Shown: positions 48,801-63,260 of the stretch, piece after piece
How positions within the stretch are numbered: position 1 is the first letter of the stretch
Layout: each line of letters begins with the position of its first letter
From: Schmidtea polychroa
Lineage: Eukaryota
DNA length: 64,000 nucleotides
Reading direction: 5' to 3'
Assembly (NCBI GenBank): GCA_044892525.1
Contig: CM097885.1
Span: forward strand, 51,462,001-51,526,000
The notes under the pieces: model-generated
What the model was told of the DNA's origin: nothing
What the model saw: only the letters and a program-made list of their open reading frames with translations
Databases searched by the model: none
Translations under genes and position numbers: made by a program

Positions 48801-50011
48801 TGTAGGAATATAAATCTTGAATCTTTGTCTTATGGATACACTCTTGAAGTTGATCTTGTAATTCCTTCTGAGCTTCATGATAAGTTGGATGATTTCCCTG
48901 TAGCTGCTGAAAAAATGAAACCTGCTGGGTCAAAGGTTGAAAAATTATTATTAACTCATCTTCCAAAATCTAATTATGTGATTCATTGGAGATTATTAAA
49001 ATTATATTTGGAACTTGGTGTTAAAGTAACACATGTAAATAGGGGTGTAAGATTTAAGCAATCTCCAATTTTTAAAAAATATATAGATACCAATACAGAA
49101 TTAAGGTCATAAAGCATAAATAATTTAGACAAAAATTATTATAAATTGTTAAATAACAGTTTATACGGCAAAACAGTAGAAAATTTAAAGAGAAGAATGA
49201 ATCTTCGTCTTTGTACTACTGCCGGTAAATTAGTAAAATATTCATCAAAACCGACTTTTAAAAAATCTATTAAAATAGATGATAATTTAATTGCAGCACT
49301 ATTGAATTCAGATTCTATATGTTTAGATAGACCAAGTTACATTGGTCAGTCTGTACTTGATCTATCTAAACTTAGAATGTATGAATTACAATATAAGGAT
49401 TTAGAATCATTTCGCAATGAGTTTAGTTGTAAAATTAATATCGTTGCAGGTGATACAGACTCTTTTTTCCTCGAAGTAATTAACTGTAAACTTGAGGTTC
49501 TTTTACCTGCAATGATTCGAGATAATTTATTAGATACTTCCAATTACAATAGTTGTCATTCCTTATATAGTAAGAACCTTGATTCGGTATTGGAAAGTTC
49601 AAAGACGAGAATAAAGGTCTTAAATATAAGAAATGGGTTTTTCTTAGACCTAAATGTTATAGCTTGTTGGGTGATGAGGAAACAAAAAAGGCTAAAGGTG
49701 TAACATTGAAAGGTAGTGACATAAAACATCAGCCATACCTGGATTGTTATAACACTAATCATATTTTTTCGATTCCTCAAACAAAAATAACAAGCAAAAA
49801 TCATCAAATTTTTACAATTAAAAATACTAAAATAGCACTAACTAACAAAGATGACAAAAGAGTTTGGGTGGGGAAAAATACAAGTTTAGCATATGGGCAT
49901 GTAAGATTAAGTTATTTAAATGTTGGAGAAGTTGTTGGAGAAGAATTTGATGAAGAAGAATTTAATGAAGAAGATGTTGGAGAAGATGATATTGATATTG
50001 ATGAAGACTGA
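45837..50011 (+). pseudogene. polB: Protein-primed family B DNA polymerase of Polinton/adintovirus type, defective, with spliced 5' leader
   Basis: GRSFIETP..CLINIKN..CFLYSILA, VYADFE, FIDSYQF, KGIFPY, GIRGG, YIDINNLYGWA, KLLNNSLYGK, GDTDS, DDKR. Several stops and frameshifts, plus an internal deletion after CYLC. AATAAA at ~50020. Confidence 0.92.
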
Positions 50012-50219
50012 TTTTATTAAATAAAATTTTATATCTTTACTTTTGTTCATTTTATGTTTTTGGTAAATTTTTATGTTTGTTATGTGTCTAGTTATTTTTA
50101 TGTGTTTAGTTAATGTTTATATGTTTTGTTATGTGTCTAGTTATTTTTATGTGTTTAGTTAATTTTTATGTGTTGTATAGTATTTGGTTCATATATTATT
50201 ATTATTATTATTAATCTAT

Positions 50220-50830
50220 AAAAAAAATTTTCATTAAAAATTATCCTAAAAAATTTAATCTATAAAAAATTTCATTAAAAAAAAATTACTTAAAAAATTA
50301 TTTCAATAAAATTTCCATTACCAGTGAAAAATATTTCATTAAAATTTCTATTAAAAATTACTTAAAAAATTATTTCATAAAAATTTTCATTAAAAAATTT
50401 CAATTCTCAAACACCTACTATTATTCCAACTTTTTTTTAATAAATTTAAAAATCTTACTTTAATTTACTTATTACTTTAATTTAATTATTTAAAAATTAT
50501 TACTTTAATTTACTTATTTAACTTTAATTTAAAATTTTTGACCATTGATTACTTAATTTTAAAATTTGGACCTTAATTAACTTTAATTTAATTTTTTAGA
50601 ACCTTAATTTAGTTATTTGTGCCCATTCATTACTTTAATTTAATTTTTTTAGGATCTTAATTTACTAATTTGAAAATTAATTTACTTTAATTTAAAATTT
50701 TAGACCATAATTCAATTTTTAGGCCCATAATTGACTATAATTCAAAAAAATCTGAACCTTGATTTACTTAAATTTAATTTTTAGACCTATCATTTACTTT
50801 ATTTTTAAATTTTAGACCCATAATTTGCTT
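50220..50830 (-). repeat. Inverted counterpart of the 44320-45440 repeat array
   Basis: TTTAAAATTTTAGACC.TAATT units and AAAAATTATTTCATAAAAATTT are reverse complements of motifs left of polB. Confidence 0.75.
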
Positions 50831-51323
50831 TAATTAAAAAATTTACTATGCGTTTTTTAATGTAAACCACCTTTTCTATTGAAATTCTCAGAACCAAGGA
50901 GACCCACCCAAATAATACTGACTTATCCTTGGCATTTTGTAATGAAAAAAAAGATTTTGTATTGAAAATTCCAGAAAAAAACATTGGAGCATACGGCAAC
51001 AATTACGTAATCAAAAAATGTCTACGGAAAAATTATGCAATCAAAAGTTGCAACACTTTTTACTCCCCCCCCTATTGCTGCCGCGGGCCCCTAACTACCT
51101 ACTAATGTTATAAAGTATTCATTAAGTTGCAATAAAGTGGGAAATTATTTCGGTGAATGGCAGCAATTAATAAATATTTTACACCAAATTACCACAAAAT
51201 TATGAAACATTTCATTAAATTACAACAAAGTATTAACATTTTTCATCAAATTGCAACAAAGTAATGACATATTTTGGAAAAAATTTCAACAGTTGTAAAA
51301 TATTTAAGCAAATTGTAACAAGA

Positions 51324-51677
51324 TTATAAAAATATTGCAGCAAAGTAATAACATTACGATGACTAGTTAACTGTGCGCAAAACTGTTCATATTTTTATTA
51401 TAGTGTTTTTGATTTGGGGTATGTGAGATTTTATATCAGGATATTAAATATTTATATCAATTCGAATTTCTGTTTGTCACAGTAAATAAAATTTCTCTTG
51501 AAAATAATAAATCTTATTGGTAAATATATTATTTTTAAAGTTTTTCATTTCTCTACTGTGTTTCTCAATATTCTATAAATTGATAATATGTTAATGCACT
51601 ACTTATTTGCGCACAGTTCTAACACATATAGTTAACTAGTCATCGGTATGTTATTACTTTGCTGCAATATTTTTATA
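51324..51677. mobile_element. MITE-like element with ~46-bp terminal inverted repeats
   Basis: TTATAAAAATATTGCAGCAAAGTAATAACAT..CGATGACTAGTTAACT and its reverse complement; superfamily not determined. Confidence 0.7.
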
Positions 51678-51815
51678 AAATTAAAAAAACGTAAAGGGAT
51701 GGGTATTTTAAAAATTAAAAAAAATAGGGGGGGGGGTATTTGGATCTGGAGTGCACATAACTATCTACTCAATCCTTATTAGAAAATAAAAAAAATAGTA
51801 TAACAGTATAATACA

Positions 51816-54800
51816 TAACTTCCCCCTTTAAAACCGGAGGTTAACATTTAAACGAATTTACATATTTACAAATGAAAAAGATATGTTGTTGTGATTTGTG
51901 ATGATTTAGTTGTGTTTTTGTTTTGTGTTTTACAATTAATACATTATAAAAATTGTACAACTAAACCTTGTGGGTCCACGTGTTGTATATTTGAGGCAAT
52001 CACTATAACGCTTTTTGTATTCTGATGTGATTGTTGTGTTATTGTCGAAAAATTTTGTTAAGTCTTTTTCGCTGAATCTGATGTGTTTCTGATTTGTCTG
52101 TGTTTCTGTTTGTTCTTGTGTTTTGTATTTTGGGTGATTGTTTAGTGCGTTTTGGTTGTGGTGATCGTTAAATGTGGGTGCTTTGTTTTCGTGATATGGT
52201 TTTAATTTGCGTATGTTTATTTTGATTTGTTTATTGTCTTTTAAAATTGTGCCGACGTTTTTGTACATATCTAACAGTTTGTATGGGCCTTCGTACTTTG
52301 TTACAAATCCGCTAGTGAAAGGTTTCTTTACTAAGACCATGTCTATTATTAGTTCTGTTTGGTTTTGAGTTTGTTTAGTGTTTTTGTTTTTTAGAATGCT
52401 TTTTTGTTTGGGTATTTGTGATTCTTTATCGTTTGTTTTTATCTTGTTTTCGCTTTCATCTTTTAAGTTTGGTAGATTTGTATTGGTCCGAAAAATGATT
52501 GGCTAGGACTTTTATTGTTTAAGCTTGAAGGATTGTTTCGTAATCCTAATAGTATTTCTGGTAATTTTTCTAACCAGTTGTGGTTATTATTCGTTTTTGT
52601 TCTGATTGCTTGTTTTATTGATCGGTGTAATCTCTCCACTTTTCCATTTGATTGTGGGTTGTATGATGTTGTTTTGATTTTGTTGATGTTATATTTGTTG
52701 CAAAGTACCATATGCCATCTATTTCTTCCCATTGGAGTGAGTTCAACCTTGGAATCTCGGTTATTATTTGTTTTTGTTTGTTTTTAAAATTTTCTAACTC
52801 TATGATAGGTGGTATGTTAAGTGCATTGATATTGGTTTCTATTCTTGATAATGCATCTGCACTTTTTTTTTACAATTATTTTACAATTAAATTGTGAGAT
52901 ATAGTTTAATTGTCTTATTTGTCTCGGTGAAGGGTTTTTCATGTTCATTGCGTTTATTAATGGTTTATGCTGCGTTTTTCAATCCAAAAGGCGTTATTCG
53001 AAAAGTCCTATGGGTGTGATGATCGCAGTTTTGCTTTATGTCTTCCGTTCTGACAGGAATTTGATGATAAGTTTTTCTAAGTCTATTTTGCTGAAAATTT
53101 TGGGTTTGTTAAATCTGTTAATGATATCGTTTATTATTGGAATTGGGTATTTGTCGGCTGTTGTGATATTGTTTAATGCTCTGTAGTCTCCACAGGCTCG
53201 CCATTCGCCGTTTGCTTTTTCTTTAAGCATGAGAGCTGATGACCAGTTTGAGTTTGAGTGTTTGACGATTTGGTTTTCTAGTAGTTCATCGAATATTTTC
53301 TTAGTTATTTCGAGTTTGTTTTTGTCTAATTGTCTAACTTTTGCATGGACTGGGGTTCAGTTGCTAATTATTATGTGTTAGGTTATGCATTTTGTATTAT
53401 TTCTTGCCTCTAATTTATTAGTTATATTTGGTACATTTTGTATCAGTTTTGCGATTTCATTAGGTATATGCCAGTTTGTTTCTGTTTTATTTGTTTCTGT
53501 CTCACCGTGTTGGGCTGTTATTACTTCGATGTCACAATTGATTTGTTTCTTGGATTGTTTATTTTTGTTGTATATGTTGTTTAAATTGTTTGGTATGACT
53601 TTTTCATTCTTACAGTCGACTAGTAGATTGAAGTTTGAGAGGAAATCTGCTCCTAAAATAGTTTGTTTGACTTCAGTGATAGTGAATTACCAATTGTATT
53701 GTGTGTTATTGATGGTGATGTTAATGTTTTGTTTTCCGAACGTTTTAATTGGGCTACCGTTTGCTGCGCACAAATTCGCGGTTTCAGTTTTTGTGTTTTT
53801 ATATAGGTAATTCGGTAACAATGAAATTATTGAACGTGAATCAACAGGAAAATTAAGGCCATTGCTATACACCGTGAATGTTTGGCTGTCACCAATTGTC
53901 GGTGCTATCATTGGTGACTATATGTTTCCCGACTCTTCTTTGTCGAAGGAGCGAGGTTTATTGCATTTGTATGCTTTATTCCTAAATTTATTGTGGCAGT
54001 AACAACAGTTTTGGTTTGTGTATTTATTAGTGTTGTTCCATGTTTTTTTTTCTGTCAAAGCTGTTGCGGCTGCCAGATCTTGTATTTTGTCGGGGATAAT
54101 TTTGTCTGTTTTTATAATATTGCGTTCTCCTGGATTCTCTTCTTTGTAATTCGGTTGTCTTTTCTTAGATTTTTGTTTTCAATAATTATTTCGTCGAATT
54201 TTATTACCAGAATTGAGAGGAGTTTGTTCGTTTCTGTAGTTTCTGAGCTATTGTGTACAGGTATGTTTTGTTCGTTGATTTTGAAAATATTTTTGTTTTG
54301 GTAGGTTCTACATATTGTCGGGTATATTTCGTCGTTGATTTTGTCTGCTATGCTTGCCAGGGTTTTGAGGTCTGTGCAGTTACTGACAGCTAGAATTCAA
54401 CGTATTTCAGGTGGCATAGCGCGCATGAAAAGGTCTTTGATGAACTCTTTTGACCCGGTGCTTGTTATTTTTGGTTGCAAGTATTCGAGTTTTGCCTTTA
54501 AATTTCGCAGAAATTCAGACGGTTTGTCATTACTCAATTGGATATCTTTCAAACAGGATTCGAGTAGTTCTCGTCTGTTTACTTTGTTCCGATTTATTAA
54601 AGTATTGTATAAGTTTTCGAAAGGGTTGTCGTCCTTTGATATTTCCTCTATTCTATCGGCTATCTCGTTGAGGATGTTGCTGAGAAGGACAGCAATAATG
54701 TGAGAGCAGACTGTTCTTGATGATTTACTGCCTGATAGACTTAATGTTAATTTGGCAAATTCTAGCCATTTTTGTGGTGTCCCATTTTCGTCTGTGAAGA

Positions 54801-55235
54801 AATTTGGGATATTTGCCTTTGGGTTAAGTATTGAGTTTACCGCGGATGAATTTTAGGGGTTGTAATAATAGCTACTGCTTTCATGTGTTGAGTGTGTGTT
54901 TGCGTTGTTGGTGTTTGGGTTGTATTGGTAGTTAATGTTTTCCTGTGAATAAGCATTTTCATAGTTGTTAGGTATCTGTGTAGTGTTTGTCGGGTTTTGC
55001 TGGTTTGAAGCCATTTATTTGTTTTGTTGATGTTTTCTTTTTTATTGCTTGATGTGTTAGAAAAGAAAATTGAGTTTTTTCAAGGATATGGCTTACTGTG
55101 TTCAGCCAAAAGAGTCACTATCCTTTATACTTCTGTAATAAGTATGCTGAAAGGCATAGTGATTGAAAAAAAATCGTCGAATGCGAGTGTCGTGTTGTGT
55201 TTGCTTTGCTTCTGACACCAGTTATGTTAAGGGGT
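51816..55235 (-). mobile_element. Decayed, internally deleted gypsy element (CsRn1/Mag-like)
   Basis: PBS TGGTGTCAGAAGC (tRNA-Leu-like, 55208-55220) next to an LTR end; gag from ~55014 with CYCHNKF..KAYKCNKP; AANGSPIKTFG; WRACGDYRALN; YNPQSNGKVERLHR; YEGPY; PPT AAAGGGGGAAG (~51819-51829). Confidence 0.85.
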
Positions 55236-55514
55236 GGATTTCCTCTATTGTTGTGAATGAGTTATTTTAAATTATTTGTTATTTATTTATTTAATAATTC
55301 GTGCTGTATAAGAAAAATTGTAGAACCCAGCCAAGTCTACTTTAAATGAAACTGTCTTGCGACAGCTGAGGTGAATGTATGTACTGTAAAAATACTTTAT
55401 TAAAAACGAACAATCACAGTTTTACAATTTCAAACTTTATTGATAAAACAATGAAAGTAAGACCTTAGTTATTGGCTTTGGTCTCGCTTTCTTCTATTTT
55501 AGTCTTTGTCTTCG

Positions 55515-55622
55515 TTAATATACAGTTATTTCAGTTCCAAATAATATTTCCAATAATAAATTGTTCTTTTCAACAACTTATTATTGGAAATATTATTTGG
55601 AACTGAAATAACTGTATATTAA
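55515..55622. repeat. Near-perfect hairpin with ~45-bp arms
   Basis: TTAATATACAGTTATTTCAGTTCCAAATAATATTTCCAATAATAA and its exact reverse complement, with a short loop. Confidence 0.9.
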
Positions 55623-56155
55623 GGAAACTATTCCTTCCTTCTTCTAAGAAACAAAAATAACAATTTTACGATTTCAAATGTTTGTTTATAAAATAATAAG
55701 AAAGACAACCTCGGTATTACTTTAATACTTGATACACTTTCTTATTTGTTACTTTCTACGACAGGCCGTGATTCTACAGAAGGATGGTTTAGAACAGGGA
55801 TTCCTAAATGTGGCCCACTATTAATAAAATTAATTTTTTTATGTATGGCTACTTATAAAAATTACAATATTTGGAATGTTGTAATAATGTAAATAAACTG
55901 TATTCACATGATTTTGTTTTATATTGTAATTTTTCCATTAATTTTAAGGGGATAGTACCAAAAAAGAATTCACACTCCGACAAGCTATGAGCTTCACGTT
56001 CATGAACAAAAAAGGCTGCAACATTAAAAAAAAACCTCCTCTACCCCCAAAAATCTCAAAATAATTTGAGACCATTCCCTAGAGCCTAGGCTTAAGATAT
56101 TTTGGTAGTTTTGCGGCCCAGTTAAATATTTAAGTTTGCAATGCGGCTCATTAAA

Positions 56156-56398
56156 TTAAAAGGTTGGAGACATCCCTGGTTTAGAACTTCTCTTTATCGT
56201 ATGTCCAGCCTTCAAACAATTAAAGCATAGGTTTCGGTCATGCATAAACTTCAATCTTTGTTCTAATGGCAAATCTCTGAATATTTTACATTGGTCTAAG
56301 TAATGGTTCTTCTTGCACTTTACGCATTCTAATAGTAACCTTGTTGGAAACATTGATGCCTTCTTTCGCTCTGTTGCCTTCTGTGTATAAATCGTCAT
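56156..56398 (-). pseudogene. BEL/Pao Gag zinc-finger fragment
   Basis: CVKCKKNHYLDQCKIF..R..LCFNCLKAGH is the BEL/Pao Gag signature. Confidence 0.8.
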
Positions 56399-56871
56399 AA
56401 AGTTCTGATGATAATTTGAGATGATGACATCATTTATTAGAATTAAGTTGGGGATGGAAATTTGTCAATTTTCTTAATGACTTTGTGTTACAAAAATGAT
56501 TAATTTAACTATATGTAAATTTTAAATATGTAAATTTGAAAATATGTAAATAAATAAATTTTAAATTAATTAATAGACGCAAAAATATTGTCATTGGAAA
56601 AACAAATTATTAAAAAAAAGACACTTCAAAGTGTTTATTCCTCAAAACATCAAAAAAATACATCAAAACACATTCACAATAGACTTTTTTTTATCGATTT
56701 TCAATGAAAATTATAAACGATTATTGATTACCATTATTTTATGAGATCAATTTTCAATTATTTTTAATTCTATCATCAATGCCTGTAAAGGACGATGTAA
56801 ACAATAAAGTAGTCGATTTTTTAATAAACATTATGTCAATTGAAAATGAAAAGAATTTCTTATAATAAAGT

Positions 56872-56891
56872 AAATAATAATAATAATAATA

Positions 56892-56944
<53 letters not shown>
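56872..56944. repeat. (AAT)n microsatellite
   Basis: Direct reading. Confidence 0.95.
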
Positions 56945-58891
56945 TTCAATGGGAAAAAATCAGTGATGAAATTGGAAAAAACAGTTCTTATAATAATAAT
57001 AATAGTTATAATAATCAAAAGTGCACAGAAAGAACAAAATTTACAAATAAATTAAAAATAAAAAGCAAAAAAATAGTATAAATACCGTGGGATTTTTAAT
57101 CAAATCATCCACACAATTTTCTCTTAAGTAGAACTTCAAGTTCGTAACGTTATTTTCGAGTAATCAGATTACGTAACCAACCAAGGTAATTATAAATTGA
57201 AAGCAAAGTACATATAGAAAAACTAATTATACAAAATCGATGTAATAATTTGTGTAAAAACTTTGCTATTAAATAAATTATCTTGAACCAGTGTTTTTCT
57301 TATTAATTTAAAACTCAACATAACGCAAGAAAATTTCAACATAATTAACACCAAAATAAAACTACCAACATACCAAGAATATTAGAAAAAGTATACAAAA
57401 TTACCAAATCCATTCAGAAGGTACAATTAAAGAATAAACATTTTGCACAAAGACTTTTCTCCCAAACCTCTTTTTACCAAAATGCAAAACCATTTCATCA
57501 ACATTCAGTTCTTCTAGAATATCAGTTTTTTTCTTTTTAAAGTAAAATAATCATCCATTAAAATTAATTTTAAATACAAAGATAATTATTTCTATTTAAG
57601 TCAAGTTAGATTAGTCCAAAATGGCTGCTCCAAGACAGTGGTTAGCGCAAATCTATCTATTATTCTAACTTATTAAAACAAAAAAATGAAATAAACATTT
57701 AATTATTAAAGGATTAAATAAAAATATAATCATAAAGATATCTGATATCTTAAAAATTAGGAAAGCCAGCAGTTTTTCTAATCTTAATTATATTTTAATA
57801 TACTTGAACAAGAAAATTTTGTATGGTTGTCAAATTTCAGATGTACTAAATGATTAAGTGCATTACGTTAGTTTTATACAATTCATTGCTTAGATCAAAT
57901 CAAGACCTACACAGAAACTGATTTAAAAAATATTTTGCACACATTTTCAATTGTTAATAGCATTTTGCGAAACTTAACGAGTTATTTTAATGTTAGAACG
58001 AACAAAATTTCTACATGCAAACAACAATAAAACATAAAATTAAGTCATGCGTGACAATGAAAATTTTATTTGTTCCGCAATCATCTGCAGCCTTTTATAA
58101 CATAAATCATTACTTGAAGAATGATTTCGTATAAATAATATTTTATTTCTTGGAAAGATTTATGGCTAATTTAACTGCACTGCGAAACTTCGTTAGCTTT
58201 AGAGTGAAATGGTCTGCTTGGACAAGTAAATAATTTTAATTAATTATTGAAAGCAATTTTTAAGTATTAATTAGTTAAATAATGATAATAATAATAATAA
58301 TAATTCCAAATCCCGATATTTTTGAAATTGAATCAAAAAATTTTAATTAAATGATTCAAAATTTATTAAACTATTTAATTATATAAAGTAAATAGATGCA
58401 AATTATTAAATATTTTATGAAATTATTTGTAAAATTTTAGAAGTAATTTGCTCAAATGTTAAGAAAATGAGTCTTTGGTAATTTTTGACAAACTATACAC
58501 ACTATTATGTAGTCATTGGGTTTTACATACAGTATATGGTTACATCATCTGAACACAATTGCATAATCTTAATATATTTTTTGTTTTAATTAGATGGTCT
58601 CCATTTTGAACTTTTTCTTTTAATTAAGTGATCCCATTAATTTACTTTAATGAGTTGGTCGCCATTTCTTTGTTTTAATAAATTAGTTGATTTATTTAAA
58701 ATAATAAAAGTTAACAAGAGGATATTTGAACGAGGGTTGACGAAAGTTGTTATGTGAGAGTCTGAAAATATAAGTGGTCGAGTAAAGTTGACAAGAGCTG
58801 TGAGAGTTAGGAAATCCAAGTGGACAGTTGGCTATATGAGTTGATCGAAGAAGAGTTTAAAAGTTGGCGATTTATTTCAATAAATATTTTA

Positions 58892-59090
58892 TTTATTAAA
58901 AAGAGAGCTTGAAGATTATAAATCAGTAATATATCAATGTTTGTTGATACTCACAAATTTTCGGTACTGCCTTTTTCAAGTGACTCCATGAGTATCAAAA
59001 AACATCGATATATTACTGATTTATAGTCTTCAGGCTCTTTTTAATAAATTCAATGGAAAAAATAATCAGTGGTGAAATTGGGAAAAAAAT
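58892..59090 (-). mobile_element. Fold-back element family B copy
   Basis: Same arms; hammerhead-like core on the minus strand at 58951-58983; same TTCAATGGAAAAAATAATCAGTG tail. Confidence 0.8.
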
Positions 59091-60139
59091 TCTTAAAACA
59101 TTTTATTAATAATATTATTTTTACTATTATTATTATTACTATTATGATTATTATTATATTATTATACAAAACCTTATGAAGAAAAGATGAGACAAGATAA
59201 AGAAGCCTCTTACTTATAACCAAATACTTGAGCGGTAAACAGAGCTCGCATTTATTCCTTAGATATAATGACTTCGTCATTATCAAAGTGGGGTCAAAGT
59301 TTCTGGTTTAATCATAGTTTTCAACCTCGAAGCATTATGAAGCATTACACCTTGAATAATTATACGCATCATAGCCTTACTTCGAAAAGGAGCCATTTCC
59401 GATAGTAACTAAATACTACTCACGCATACACATTGTTATACAATGGTACACGCGCACTAGACATATTGCTATATCGTAGCCTCTATGATTAAAAATGTGT
59501 ATTCACTTATAACTAAAATTGAGTTTTTGCAGAGGCCTCCCACTAGGTTGGTTCATATGCATCTACCACGATATCCGGTATGTATGATATGTAAAACCCG
59601 ATAATTACGCAGTCATGTAAATGATTACGTCATAATTAATCACTTGATCGGTTACGTAATACATTCAGTAGGTATTGGTTCAATAAAGTTATAGTATCCT
59701 ACTGTTTTACTTAAATAGATTATAATTTTTCAAAGAAATTTACCGAAAAATGTCCATTCTGAATTATGCCTTGGTAAGCGTTCTTAATATAATTAAGTCG
59801 TCCTTAAAATTAGTAATAAATATTTTTTTATTGGATATCCACGGTTGAATTCTCATTTTGATGAAATTCTCTGTATATTTTTACTTCTCTTGTTCTTCAG
59901 AATCAACCAGTGGCTGTCAGCAATCTATGGCAAATTGTATATTTATACATACAATAAATTTCAAATGATATCAAAATTTGCAAAAAATAAATTTTATTCC
60001 AACGGTATCTTTGGTTTGAATTTGAAAATATAATTTCTCTACTTATTATTTGTCAGCAACTGATTTAACAATAAATTTAATATTTTTATTTGATTACATT
60101 AATTATATAATTCCAATTGAATCTTTTAAAGAATTAAAT

Positions 60140-62286
60140 CAGGGGTCGGCAACCTATGACCCGTGGGTCACCGAGTGACCCATTTGATAATTTCAAGTGA
60201 GCCACTTTAGTTCCGAAAATAAAGTATAATATATACATTTTTTTCTTTTTCCCAAAAAATGTTTTATCGCAAAGTTATGAACGTACCAAAGTTGAATCCA
60301 GTATAACAAAAATATCACTTAAAGCCCCACCCCCGCCTGACTGGATATATAATCGGCCGGTAGTATGCGGAATGCAGCAACATGTTTGAACAAATTGTAC
60401 CATTCCTGTACACGCGCGTCATTATCTCAGTTGTATGTCAGTTATAGTTATAGCACATGTAGTACAGTATTATTTAAAAATATTACCAGGCACAAACAAA
60501 AAGCAAAAAAGAGATTATTTCAAGATGTGCGGACAAAAAAGTATGGGTGTATCGAAAATGGTGACAAATTGATATGTACTTTATGTACAGATATAATTAC
60601 CCCCAGGACTTATAATATTGGGCGACACTTTTCTTCAAAACATAAAGATGTGAGTGAAATGGAAAATGAAGATAAATCTGAATACATTGCTAAACGTGTA
60701 TTAAATTCTGGAAAACAAAATAAATTCTTAAAGAGTTTTGTTACCAGCAACAATCACGCTACGTCTGCCAGCTTTGTTGCAGCTCTTAGCATTGGTACCA
60801 TCGGAAAACCATTTACAGACGGGGAGTTTTTGAAAAACGTATTCATAAATTGTTCCGAATACTTATTTAATGACTTCGCAAATAAAATACAAATAATTGA
60901 GAGAATCAAAGAAATGCCATTATCAGCTAGAACAGTCCAGCGTCACGTTGAAGATATGGCCAAGAATATTGATGAACAGGTCAAAAATGATTTGTTATCT
61001 TGTGACATAATTAGCATTGCAGTTGACAAAATTACCAACATAAATAGTATTGGTAGGCTTGCAATAATTATTAGATTTGCATCAATAAATAGCTGGAATG
61101 TCAATGAAAAACTATGCGTTCTTGCTTCAATCAATGACACCACCAAAGGTACTGATATTTTTCGTCAAGTACAAGAGTTTAAAAATTTCAAAAATGGGCA
61201 AGTATTGGATTTAAAGAGTAAATTGTTTTCCATAACAACTGACGGCGCTCCAAGTATGAGAGGAAAAACTGTTGGATTTGTAAAACTAATGGAAAATGAA
61301 CTTGGCCGTTCACTTTTATCGTTTCATTGTATCATACATGAAGAAAATTTATTTGCAATAGTTTTTAAGACTTTTGTTCTTGACAGACCTAATGAACCAT
61401 TATAATGCTTTCAACGTACGACTTCAAGGAAATAACCACATAATTTTGAAAATGTATGAAGAATGGAAGAGTTTTACTTCAAATTGATATTATTTGTAAC
61501 TGACATAAAAACTATAAAATTTCATTTCTTTCACTTGTTAAAAAGGGAACATGAAAAAGAAAATATCGATGAATGCAATCTAGATATGTTCAAAAGTTGG
61601 ATTTCGGTCATTAAAAGTGAATATGAAAGTCGATTTCAAAGTCTTAAGAAACATGGAGAAATGTTTACATTTATGATAAAGCCCGATGAGATAGAAGAAA
61701 ATATTATAAATTGGCAGTATTTTGAATATCTAAGAATTGACAATATTAACTTTGAAATAATTGATTTTAAAAGTTCAACATTATGGACGGATAAATTCAA
61801 GAAATTTCGGAACGATTTGGAAAATACAAAAGATAATCATTTTCTCATGATATCAACATGTTGGGCATCACTTCCTGCGAGGTTTTCATCATTAAAAAAA
61901 ATTGGCTTTGTCATTTTGTCCAGATTTGGGTTCACTTATAAATGTGAGCAAATATTTTCACAAATGAAATTTATTTTAAGCAAAAACAGGAGCAGGCTAA
62001 CTATTGAAAATTCAGATGTTTGTGTTCGACTTAAAACGACTAACTATAAACCAGACTTGACTAAATTGATGTCACAAGTTCAACATTAGGGAGCCATTGA
62101 TATCGTGGAGAAAGTTTATAAATAAAGCTTATTCAACTATGTTTGTAATTATTTTCTTAATAAAATATATCTTATTATTTACTAAAATGCTGTTTTAATA
62201 CGAAAATATTTCTGACCCAAACGTCTCTTTAATACTCGCATTTTGGTTAATTTTGACCCGCGGCCATAAAAGGTTGCCCACCCCTG
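60140..62286 (+). mobile_element. hAT (Charlie/SPIN/GTF2IRD2-like) transposon with internally deleted transposase
   Basis: TIR CAGGGGT(C/G)GGCAACCT and perfect TSD AATTAAAT. ORFs 60365-61405 (BED finger, GKPFTDGEF, TTDGAPSM, HCIIH) and 61463-62089 (TYKCEQIFS..RSRLT). The RW-motif region is absent. Confidence 0.95.
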
Positions 62287-63260
62287 AATTAAATAATCGT
62301 AACAAAAGTTTACTATTGTATTTGCAAAAATTATATAACTTTTGATTAAGACTACAGATTTGTGACTTACTGGAACTAACAATTCCTAAATTTGTGGATT
62401 TAATACAGAACATGAATATTAATGATGTTGCCTCTGCGAAACAAGAGCTACAAATGAAATTGTGTGATTCAAATGTATTGGGTTCAATGCCACATACATA
62501 GGAATGACTACACGTCTTTGATCACTGTCGGATGAGGAAATTGATTAATATTATTGAAAAATATTGTATGTTGGTATTTGTATTTTTTGGAGTGTTACAT
62601 GGTAAATTTTTTTGTAAAATGTTGTAATTAATGCAAAAAGTTATTAAATTTAATAAAAACTGTATTTTAATTGAAATTGAAATTTTTTATGTTTTAAAAT
62701 ATAACTATCTTTTAGTAAAATAAGTGTGGTTAAAAATTTATAAATTATTTAGTTTATGATTTTTAAAATTTTATAATATCTTTTGAATTACCAATTTAAA
62801 ATCTATAATTTTTTTGTTTCTATCTGAATCTGTCAAAATATATAGTATAAGTGATGTTCGAATGGTGTTTTCAAATATAAATAAAATATAAAAAAAGATA
62901 ATGTATAAAAAAGATAATGTATAAAAAAGATAAAAAAGATAATGTACAATAATGTATAAAAGAACAACATCAGAGATTAGATATCATAGTATATATTCCA
63001 TGTTAGTATCTTCTTTTCCCGAACTTCGGTGTTAATTGCATCGATCATTAAATTATAAGTAAATTCACGGTTTTTTATCCTAACATTTTACAAAAATTAG
63101 AAACATTAGTAATAGGTTATTATTAATCATTTTAAATTTTTCTAACAGGCTATGGTGGAAAATATTCACAATCTATGATTTTGTTCCTTCATACATTATT
63201 GTTATTTGCTATTATACTTTAATAAAATGCCATTATATGAAATGTGAGAATACTGTAGCG

